NCBI GenBank assembly: GCA_963924565.1 | Contig: OZ004609.1 | Coordinates: forward strand, 25,792,001-25,856,000 | DNA from: Ascidiella aspersa | Lineage: Eukaryota | Direction of reading: 5' to 3' | DNA: 64,000 nucleotides | In this document: positions 37,473-48,900 of the stretch, one piece after another | Position numbering within the stretch: position 1 is the first letter of the stretch | Layout: the number at the start of each line of letters is the position of its first letter | Translations under genes and position numbers: made by a program | Notes under the pieces: model-generated | What the model was told of the DNA's origin: nothing | The model's database searches: none | The model's input: the letters and a program-made list of their open reading frames with translations, nothing else

Positions 37473-38852
37473 TTAAAAAATCTGAACTATTTTTTTATTC
37501 TTGGAAAAAATCTAGGTGAACGGAGATCATATTTGTGAGAATCATAATTATGCAACCAACATTTCAGCTGTTTTTGTGTTAATATGGCCTTTTTATTTGT
37601 TTTAGGATTTTAAGTTCTGCTGTTTGTAAATGTAGATAATAAGTGTTTTGTTTGCAAGGTATTTATGTATAACAGAGGTGGTCGACATATCAATGGCCAT
37701 TTTTTATACCTTTTCTGCCAAACTTTCTAATCCTAGGAGAGTGTTTTTCAAGAAATATATAGAATGGATTCTTTGACTATTTTAGGCAATGCTTTCAATT
37801 ACATCTTGGTGTATAAACAGAAGTATTCATCACATTTAAAATGAAATAGTCAAGCTTAGTTAAACACTTTTATAATTAAATTAAACGACCAACACTTTTT
37901 GTGTAAATTGTTTCAGATTGCTGTTAAAAAAATGACACCAGTTAATGTTCTGTTTAAAAAATTTATTTACAGTTAAGTTAAGAGAATATGTTTCTGATGT
38001 TTATTCTCGGCTTTTCTTTAAAATACTTGTCGATCTCAATCAATTAACATAATTTTTTTTAATAACATTACCAAAAAATATTTTAATAATGCTGGAGAAC
38101 AACAATTTTTTCTAGGATGTCATTCAGCCTGTTTTTGTTATACCATTTAATGTATGTGTTGTAATTGTTTGCAGTAGTTCAGAGTTCAAATTGTCATGTA
38201 TTGTTTTTGATGGTATTGAATATTATCTTATGTTAACCATTTTATTAGCAAAGTTGAATATAGGAAGTTGTTTTGCATTAGATTCCTAATAGAATCAAAA
38301 CTATTCAAACTGTTTTCCAAAAGTAAATTAATTTCCAAATTTAAATTACGGTTAAGTTTTTAAAATTGCCAATACTCCATAACATTATTTTTGTACACTC
38401 ATATCTTTAATTTTAAAAAACAAAGTACTTTTTATAACACCAGTAATACTGGTTATTATGTATCTGTTGCTAACCAATAAAATAAGTTCAATAATTTCCA
38501 TATTACTCTTTATCTTATATATATAAATTTTCAAGTGAATTTCTGTACTCTGTATGTTCGCCGTTTGTTGAAACAACCTGTCTGTCAACATGATAAATTG
38601 TCATACTACGGTACTATTTCGAGAATCAAACAAGGAGAACATAACGAAGCCAGGCCTAGATAGCAGATACTCGTGTGTTTTAGTAGTCTTGACATCCCTC
38701 TTTGAAATCTCAGTAAACAATGATCTTAAAACTAAAACCGTGATTGCTACGATGTTACATCGAAAACATTTTGAAAACACGTCGGTGCTTATCGCCGCCA
38801 ACGCCTAATCATCGCTCGTTATCGTTGTTTCACTTAGCAGTTCACCTGTTAC

Positions 38853-39830
38853 CAGTGTTACCTCTGAGAAAATTTTCTGCTGCGCAAATATTTTTTTGTA
38901 TTGCGCAAGAATATTTTATGGCTACGTTGGCAGGGAGGGACCCGCGGCAGGTCAATGTTTTTTGTATTGGGGCGAGGCGTGAAAAATTTAAAGATGACGT
39001 CACAAAGCGTGACGCCATAAAACAATTTTTTTCAATAAACTTATTGTATGTGCAACTGCAATCGAGCTAAATACGTGTAAGGATATGACAACAAAGCGGT
39101 CGTGCAAAAAGTATCCGAATATTTGGGTTAAATTGATAAAATGTCTAATTTTTAAAAATAGGATGCTTGACGCCTTTAGCGCACAATCAAGAGTTACGAA
39201 CTATTCGCTCAATTGCACTTATCAAGATGATTTTGTCACCAATGCCAACCTTAAAAAATCTAAACGCAAACCAACCAAAACCAACGGGTTGGCGACCCAT
39301 GGGCTAAGAAACACTGCGGCCTGGAGAGTGGAGACCTACAGTAGCGATTGTATTATATAAAAAATCGGGCAAGATAGGGCCTATACAGATCTTAAAACGA
39401 ATGTTTTTAGAAGAAAAACGTATACACCTATGCCATTTGACTAGTTTTAGCAAGCTTTTGCAAAAAAGCCAAAGAGATAACCGAATTTTCTGACGCCAAC
39501 AATGTTTAAAAAGAGCCAAATTTGTATAATTTGACGTCAAAAAAGCCAATCTGGCAACCCTGGAGTAGACATTTAATTCTATGTGAGATAAAAAACATAC
39601 ACAGCATGGATGATGAAAACCGAACAGACAAAGTATTTTATTACGTCACAATTGTCAATGCGGATTTCATTTGTTTACTTGCTTTTAGCTACAAACATCA
39701 ACGAAAAAATGGCCAATGCGAAATTCTCAACCTGTTGTGGTAAAAAGTAAAGATATTGTAGTTTCAATTGGAGAAAAGAGCAAATTTTACTGCGCAATGG
39801 CGCAGTTGCGCACCCTTAGAGGGAACACTG
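38853..39830. mobile_element. Composite non-autonomous DNA transposon with CAGTG...CACTG ends and a 5-bp TSD (GTTAC)
   Basis: TIRs CAGTGTTACCTCTGA ... TTAGAGGGAACACTG. GTTAC occurs at 38848-52 and 39831-35. Ends of other MITEs lie inside (...AAGAAACACTG at ~39316; ...TGGCAACCCTG at ~39562). Confidence 0.75.
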
Positions 39831-40587
39831 GTTACCCCGTTTAAAGATTTTGAACGAAGGACGACGCATACTTGTCCAGTTTAGGAAACTCTGTGTTATT
39901 TATGCGCTAACCAGGCAATTACCAAGAAAACTCTATAACGGTCTTATTTATGGTGAAGCGGGGCCAAGCACATCAATTATCCCCAAAACTTTCATGTTTA
40001 CGCAAATCTGCAATTAAATACCAACTTGCTTCATGGCTCTGCCCTTATTTAAAAATTGTTATTATATTATGCTTTAAAACTAATGATTTTAACAACATAT
40101 CGTCAAAAAAAATTTTCAGCCAGTTGGAACCTTTTAAGTTTGGTTTGTGCCAGCGACCACGAAAAGTTTGCCGAGACTAGATTCTCAGCATAGCGCTGCC
40201 GCTATGTGGACACAAACTCTCTACGAGTTAAGTTCTGCCTAATTGTCTAGTTTAACGCCGTTCGACGCTGTTAAATTTACACTTGAGGTCTTTGCAATAT
40301 GGCCACTGCATCGTGAGTAACACTTTTCCAACCATTTTACCCAAGATAAACGCAGAAGATATTTTTTTGCACCCTGTGCGATTTTTTTGGCTGTCAAGCC
40401 AATTTTTCCAATCGCTTTATGTGGCCAATTGTTTAAGTCGCCCCCTATAAGACAAGTGTAAGCTAAATGTTTTCACCGCCTGAAACCAAGGTTATTTGCG
40501 CTTCGCGCGAACTTAGCCTATCTTGAGTTGCATGATTGCACGTCGCAGTTTGTTCGACAACGCACACTTCCTAATGTTGTATATTTT

Positions 40588-43500
40588 TTATTTTACTAGT
40601 AAAATAAATAGCGAAAAAAACGAACAAGAAAAACAAATCAAAATAGTAAAGCTCTCAAGCAGCTAACGACCATTTACTTTTGTGTTTTGTCATACTTCCT
40701 CTTTTTAAAGCCGAATATCGCTCGGAAGTTCGCGCAGAAGATAACATCATAAGAAAGCGTAACATAGGACAGCTTCGGCATATTTACATTGATAAATAAC
40801 ATATCGCGCGCATAAAAGGACACAATTCACAAATGTTTTGCACGGTTCATTTTTGTGCACTCCAAAGAGTAATTGCTCGCGGGAAAAAAACACACGATAT
40901 TCGTAGTTTAGTACTTAACCACGCACTCACGTTTTCCCAGTATAGACACGTAACAGGACACACATAAAACCAGTGGTAGGCCTACAGGGTTTCCGTGGCC
41001 TTTTTGCAAAAAGTACATTGGTTAGTTTCGGTTTAACCAAACGAATAAAGGGAGTCATTTGTAACAATTGCGCCCAAGTTAAATTTATCTGAAAGCTTCT
41101 TAGTTTGTTTTCGATTGTTGAATTGTAGAGGTTGCGGTAAATTGTTTCCCATGGTAGACGTGCACTCCCGCAACTTAAGGTCCGGTGCCATTCTAATTCA
41201 GCTTTTGGAGGAAAGAGGATTGTTGTTTGTATTTTTTCGTAGACCGATTTGGTGGAGTTATACCGCTGGATAAATACTTTTAATGTTTGGGTTTTATACG
41301 ATCGGGACGTTGTTGCGCTACCCGAATCCCAGTCTTCTGGGAGACTCGATATTAATTTTATGAGTTGGACAAAATCTGTGTTGTTAGGAGTAAAGTTAAA
41401 TTTATTTACCAATGCGTCATATTGTAGGTATTGGCCGTTTATGTTCAATAAATCCTGGTGAAAAAATATATGGGAATCTATAAGTGATGGCATGAAAAAA
41501 ACATTTAAGTGGTACTTTACTTTTTTGCTTAGCCAAAGCGGACGGCTGTTTGACTTTGTATCTATGATTTCCAGGAGTTGTTTGCACGCCGTTATTGCGC
41601 AACGTAATGTTCGCATGGGGAGTATATGCCTTGTAATTGCATTGTTTGTTCCTATGTTCCCATTAAAAAGCGCTTCCAATCTATTACCTTGGATAAAGGG
41701 GCCTTCGATTTGTTTCCAATCCGCTTCCGCGTTTTCGTCGAGTAGTGTATAGATCCATTTTGTATGTAGAGCTAACAAGTAATTATCTGTATTGATCATG
41801 CCTGTCCCCCCATTGGCAATACTCGCACTCAAAGTCTCTCTTTTCACCCGCTCCCATTTGGACCCCCATAAAAATGTAAAGGGGATTCGTTTAACTTTGG
41901 AGATAAAGCATTTTGGTACACTGACCGGGACAACACTGATTTTAAAGGTTAAAATTGGGATCATGAGGCTCTTAATAACTGTTGTTTTTCCAAAGAGCGA
42001 AAGACCCCTTGCGGACCAGATATTTGATACTATTTGAATTTTTTTCAGAAGTGGTGTGAAGTTTTTTTCAATTAGTTGGCGTCGTTACTCGGGCGAGTGG
42101 GAATTTCAACGCCTAAGTATTTGATAGTGCCTGATGGCCATAGAAGACCACTTTGTTCCATGGGTTTGTAACTGTTTTCACGATTTGTCCCGATGAAAAA
42201 CGCATTTGATTTAGACATATTTACTTTGCAGCCTGACATTTCGCCGAAGTCTTCGATTATCGTAAAGACTTCTGTAAAATCCTGATCACTACCCGATAGA
42301 AATACTGTGGTGTTGTCAGCAAATAGGGACACTTCAAATTCCTTGCCATTTATCGTGATGCCGTTGTAAAGACCCTGTCTTAAAGCAGCGGCAATTGAGG
42401 CATTCAATGCACAGAACAAATAAAGTTGGAGAGAGAGGATCTCCCTGGCGTACGCCACGTTCAACATTGAACGATTGTGATAGAAAGTTGTTATTAACAA
42501 TTACGCACGACGGCTTTTGATAAAAACACTCGATTAATTCAATAATCTCACGACCAAACCTGAAAGCAGCTAAGGCTGCATATATGAAGTCCCAATTCAC
42601 CGTGTCAAAGGCCTTGAACATATCTAAGGACAGTATCGCGCCAGGTATACTGTAATAGTCGGCGCAGTCGATGATATCGAACAAAAAACGAATATTAGTG
42701 TCTATCGTTTCGGAATAAAACCATTTTGCGCAGGCGAGATAATGTCGTTTAGTACACTTCGGACTCGGGTGTTAACTACTTTTGAAGCAATTTTGTAGTC
42801 TACATTTAATAGCGTTATTGGTCTAAAATTTCCCGGTTCAAGATGGTCTTTATTAGCTTTTGGAAGTAAAGTTACTACTGCTTCTGACTGCGAAGGTGAC
42901 AGTCTACCCGTATTTACAGTATGTTGCCAAAGCTGCCATATAGAGGCATTTGATATTGTCCCAAAATGTTATAGAGAACTCTGCTGGAAAACCGTCTAGC
43001 CCAGGGGATTTATTTTTACCCATGTTGCAGAGAGCAGTGAAGAATTCCACTTCTAATATTTTTGATTGTTCTGCCTTAATTTTTGGGAGATCTAGTGTTT
43101 TTAATTTTAAAGCGATTAAGGTTTTGTTTAATAAATTTCCGTTTTGTTTATAGAGTTGCTTGTAAAATCCGACTAGGCCGTCCAAAATGTTGTTTTGGTC
43201 AGTTATCATTTTATTGTCGATCAACAGTCTGTTAATACCCTTCTTTTGGCAATGTCTTTTTTCTAAATTTAGAAAGTATTTTGTATTTTTCTCGCCCTCC
43301 TCGGCCCAGCGAGCCCTACTTCGCGTTACGGCGCTTTTGGTTTGGCGCAGTATTAGTTGGTCAAGTTCCGATTTAAGTTTGGACAATTTTCCGTGCAAGG
43401 GGCCTAATTCTGTTTTAGAATTTTTTTAAATAGCGTCTTGCGTCTCCCCAATCAGTTTTTCCAAATCGTTTTTCTTAATATTTGACCTTCGTTTTAGTTC

Positions 43501-43717
43501 GGCCGAGTATTATAGTTTCTCCCCGAACCACTGCTTTCAAGGCGTCCCATCTAACGTAAGGATCGGTTTCGTCTATATGGTTTTCCGCTTTATAATAAGT
43601 GATTACCTTTCTTATTTTTTCCTTGTAATGCTGGTCATTTAATAGTGATGTATTAAATTTCCAGTAGCCTCTGCCGCGTGGTGCTGGGTTAATGTCAGTT
43701 CCTAGCGTTACCATATT
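40588..43717 (-). mobile_element. Decayed, 5'-truncated non-LTR retrotransposon (L1/Tx1 clade) ORF2 remnant
   Basis: Frameshifted ORF pieces give RGRGYWKFNTSLL, RSRARWAEEGEKNTKYFLNLEK, NKSPGLDGFPAEF, LSLDMFKAFDTVNW, GVRQGDPLSPTLFVL, SLFADN (degenerate YADD), IKYLGV and a C-terminal Cys/His knuckle remnant. The 3' end is A-rich on the minus strand. Candidate TSD CTAATGTT(GT)ATATTTT at 40571 and 43718. Confidence 0.92.
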
Positions 43718-44658
43718 CTAATGTTATATTTTATGACATACATCATATTAATAATTAAACAGCTTCTCTCTGGTTATTTTAGTTCAAATATCAGAGGAGC
43801 TATTTTTGATTAATATTGCTGCAGGCATACCTGGTAGAAACACGTTACACCTGACATCATGTTATGTCGGAATTTGTAAAGTCATAGGTTAAATGTTTTA
43901 AACAGGTTTTTTAATAGGAAAATAATTTGCCTTACATAATCATATATTGCCCCAGATCCATACGGTGTAATTAAAATAAGTCTAAAAGTATTGCAATTGT
44001 TTGCCACGAAAAATTCACGCGAGAAAATTCGCCTTTATTATTATTTGTTTTGACACAGTTGTTTGTACGAAAACGCTTCGCAAACAGCTAAAATGACTTT
44101 ATCTCGGTACCGGTAATCTTAATTAAATGTAAACTGCCAAAAAATACTACCGGACTAATATATGGAATGGCATACCAAGACGTATTAAGCAGCATTATCT
44201 AATATATGCCAATATTGATGTAGGTCTATAAGGCCTATATTCTTTTAATTCTCATTTGCGGTAAAATGGTCTCCCTGTTCCGAAGATGTTAAAATCTAAA
44301 AGGTTTCGAGCGTATGAATAATTTTCCTTTCCTCTTTAATTGCTATTAAAGTTTGAAAATAATTGTAGTAAATTTATATTTATACTCCTGCTAGTTTTTA
44401 CTAATTATTTATTTTTTAAACTTAATCAGGTTTAAAACACTTTTAATTATTGAGAAAAATTCACACAGTAGGCTTTGACTGAATTTTTGGTCAAAACGTC
44501 CTCCGTGATAATTGTCAGTGTTCGTGATAATTGGCAGTGTGAAAAAAAGGATAAAAAAAAAAAAAATTCAATAAAATATGTGTTACTTTTTTATTTTTGT
44601 TAAATATTTCATTGCAGGCTGCATGTTTTTATTACGCCACTATTCTTAGATTAAAATT

Positions 44659-44921
44659 TAGGGAGTCGAACCGGAACTTTATGAAACGGTTTTGGGCCAT
44701 TTTTTGCGAACAGTAACAGAACCTGATCCGTTTTTCGCAAGATTTTAAGGAGACGAACCGGAACTGAACCGAATATTTTGAAAGAACCTAAAACTTAACC
44801 GAACCCCAATCCTGAACTGGATTGGACCAAAGATTGGACTTAAATCTCTTTGATTGAACCAAAAAAAACATTGAATCCGAACCGAATCTGCACTGGATAA
44901 ATTAAACGGTTCGACTCACTG
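44659..44921. mobile_element. hAT-like MITE upstream of FAM199X
   Basis: TIRs TAGGGAGTCGAACCG ... CGGTTCGACTCACTG with many internal AACCG/GAACC subterminal repeats. Confidence 0.75.
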
Positions 44922-45999
44922 GTTAGTACAATAGTTTGATCTGTTGAATAATTGCTTTCGCGAAAAATTATTGTAAAAATAAACTTTTTTAGAATTTTTC
45001 TAAACGGAGTATTTTATTCCCGCCAAATCGGAAGGCAAGTGTAAAACTTTAGCAAACTTCAGTTGCCACGAAAACGTAAATTTGTGTGATTAGTTTTAAC
45101 ATTATTGTTTTACCAAAGGTTTTTGTTAATCAGTTCAATTTTTTACGAGAAAAAACAGTGTCAGAAAACACATTTTAGTGTCAGAAAACACAATTTAAGG
45201 TACAGCACATATTATATATGCTTGATCGCTTTTCCGTTGCGGTTTGTGATTTATTCTCAAGATTTCTAACAAAATATTTTAGGCTAGCCGTTTCTCGTCT
45301 GTAGAGAAAATGACGCTATGTTGTTTAACTATAAATCAGCCGCACGCGAAGTTTTGATTCTTATGTTGTGTGTGTTCCTGTAAGTCGTTATTTGTTTATC
45401 GTTATTAGCCAGAGAGGCTACAAGTACATTGTGCGACGTGAAGTTGGCTTAGGCTTTAATTTTTCTAGAGTGATTTTTCGTCCTTGATTTATAGATATTT
45501 TTATAAGTTTGCACAATTTTATAAAGGTTTCCAATGAATTCAAGAGTTTAGATAATTACAGATTTTTGCAAACTACAAATGAACAAAATAATTATTGCAC
45601 ATGGGCATAATTGAAAGATTCAAATTTTTTGAAATCTTGTTAAAGAGAGTCCCATGGTTTTTGGTGCCCATGTTCGTCCGTGGGCTTATATTGCTAACAA
45701 TATTTCGGTTAGGGTGAGAGTTAGCATTTGGGTTTGGGTGGGTCAAGTTTTATTTAATCTTATATATTTATGCCTTCCTTGCAATTTAAACTTTGACACA
45801 TTGTTTCGTCAGTTGTAAAATAAATGTGGTGCAATTCTACACACACGCTTTTATTTCTAATGTAGTGCATTTTTTAAATTTTATATATACATGTAATAGG
45901 TTTTAACCTACTAAATGTTTTGATTTTAATGTTATAGTGAAACCTATTAAAGTACTATGATATAAATGAATTGGATAAAAAGAAACAGGAGCATTCAGT

Positions 46000-48900
46000 A
46001 TGGATGATCCCGATTCCCAATTTCTGCCAACGTCATTGACGAACATGAGAAGAACTAGTACGGGTATACTTTTTTAGATACTAACAAGAAAAAACTTTTC
46101 TGGTACCTACTGACTTTCTCCAATGTTTTCTGCTACCTATGTACAATGCATTTATCAGGAAATGCAACAACACAATGATTGACACCATGGAAACTAAAAA
46201 AACGCAAAAAAGCAAATAAAAAGTCAGTTATCTTTTAACACGCATGTTTGTATGAAGTTGGAAAATAAACAGGTGTTAAAATATAAAACTGATTTGTGTG
46301 TTGTGTCGCCATATGCTTTTTATTTTTTTAAATTTTTGTTTCTTATCACATTTTTATCTCCTTGTTGTGTCGATTTACTTTGCGTGGTGTTGTTGCATTC
46401 CCTGACAAAGGCATCATGCATAGATGGTTGAAACGCTGGAGAAAATAAAAAGTACCGGAAGAGCGTTTTCTTTTTAGTATACTATGCCAGGTACTGTAGC
46501 ATTTAGCATATTTATACTTATATTAAATGTTTATACAATTTTTTTCTGTAATACTTTCTACTTTGTAACTGTTAAGGTTCGTTAACAAGAAAAAGGACAA
46601 GCACAACAAACTCCTATGATTATGCTTCGTGTTCAAACTATCGAGAATATGTTACTGCCAGGTCAAGAAAAAAACCTATTACTGTAAGTGTTTTTTAAAT
46701 ACTTATGTCCAAATGTCCATGTTAATTAATTACTTAAATCTATGCTGTTTGACAGAACATTTGAGTTAAAATCTATATATTACATAGTAATTTACTTTTA
46801 TTGATTTTCTTTTAAGCTAAATTATTCAAGCAATTTCAGAAATAAATATTTATAGTGATATTTTTCGATTGAACACTGCTTGTGATTTGTAATTGTTGTG
46901 TACTTAAGGCGGAGTGTTTTAGCAGTACTTTGTGTGGAGCTGAAACCAGCACTGTGCCAACAAAACTGAATGTTTTATATCCCTGTTTTATATCCCTCTG
47001 CTAATAGTAGGAATCTATTTTAAAGGGACGACTAATATTAATTTTTCGGACAACACCGATACCCGATTTTTGTTTTTGCTAACCGATATTCGATACCAAT
47101 TTTTATATGTATATACGTGAAATAGAAAAAAAAACTATATCATGTTTTCGTAGTAAAATATCGGCTGAAATGTACAGACAACGATATCTCTAAACTTTAT
47201 AATTAATATTGCATTTAGCTGTGTTGTGTATGACTATTGCCTAAGTGCAATTGTTTTTATTTTTTGTTTCTAATCCCTGATTTAGCAAATTTAATTGTTT
47301 AGTTTTACCTTTAAACCCTTATTGAACGCCCAAATATAAAAAATATCCCACTAAATAGTCATACAGATAAAACATAAACTACATAAAATGTAGTATCAGC
47401 ATTGTTCACACAAAAGTACTAACATAGCATCAAAATGGCTGCAGATAATTCTGTAGGTTTATGTTATTCACTTATTAGATGGTAAAGATCATAACTAAAT
47501 GTTACAAAAAAAAAAACTGTGAGCCTGGCTTACCTTGCCAGAATGTCTTTCTCCATACAGAACTTTTTAAAAAATATGGCAGTGCCAGGTAAATACAGAA
47601 TGTTATAGGAAAAAGTCAATGTGAAGTATGCATTAGATTTAGAATATGGTACAGTAATAATCCGTTTTCACCTAAAATATTTTTGCACCTTAAAAAGCCC
47701 TAATTTTGCTGATTAATATATATGGCTTCACTGGTCAAAACTGAGATAGTTTAGGCAAATATTTTATTTTTGTCCAGGGTCGCAGCTGGGATGACAACAG
47801 TCTTGGTCATGGTTCAGTTGCAGCTCGAATGCGCAGAGATAGAAATAAGGCTGTCCAAAGAACCCAATCGACCGCCACCTACACCAGCCACAAAATAGAT
47901 ACGCAAGGTGAGAATAAAAAACAATGCTTTGACAATATATATATATATATAAGCATCTACAATTTATGCGACATGGCCTGTTCAAACTTAGACAATGCCT
48001 GTGTTTTCTGACAACAGACCTTGTTTACACCACATGTTCTTCAGCTAACATTTGCTTAGAATTTTGCCTTCTGTGCTGCTCAATTGCTGCATATTTGTGC
48101 TTGGGCTATTTGGGCTGAATCTTGCTGTAGTGGTGATAATTTGCAGGGTTGATATTGAATTCAAATTTGCACTCGCCTCTCAGACAAAAATAATTTGTAC
48201 ATTAGGTCTAATAATGACAACTAATATTTGTTCAAGAACACTCGAAAGTGGTGTCTTGTCCGACTGACGAATAGAAAATCTCAACCCTAATTTACTGCAA
48301 CAAATGTAACAATAAGAACATGTACTCTGTAGCAAACATTACAAGCACCCTTAATCTGATAAAATAACAGTTGTTTGCAAATTTTCTGCAATAATTTTGC
48401 GCAAATGGTTTAACCTGCCCACTACTACGGTGTGTTAGCATAGTTATGTATGAACTGCATCGATGGTTAACCGTACAATTGAATACATAGGACTTATTAC
48501 AATGTATGATGCACTCATTCAATTTTGGTTGTAGTTCAGCAGCCTGTATTGTAAGCGATTTATGTAATTTTTTGGTTCAGTAATTGTCATAATAATTTGT
48601 ACAGTGGGTCTGATTACAATGACTAATTTTTGCTCAAAGGGCACTCGCGAGTTATGTCTTGCTTGACTGACTACCCCAATTTACTGCAACAAAAGTGACA
48701 TTAAGTAACAATAAAAACATGTACTTTGTATAGCAAACATTGCAAGCACCCTTAATCTGATAAACACCACATCCCTTTCATCATGGAACCACGACGATAA
48801 ATTACCTTGGGATGAGGGTTACGACTTGACCCCAGTTCAGGCACATACTGCCGCTTCCAGAAGGACTGCTGGCAGCCTCTGCAACATTAGTTCGACAAGT

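Noticed and set aside
40927-43714. LINE ORFs as an active element or domesticated gene
   Set aside because: Multiple frameshifts and stops, catalytic motif reduced to FADN, and the endonuclease domain and ORF1 are essentially missing.
44503-45196. Short two-copy tandem repeats (also at ~28356-28398 and ~59975-60006) as CRISPR-like arrays
   Set aside because: Only two adjacent ~20-bp copies with no spacers, in a eukaryotic context; ordinary slippage duplications.
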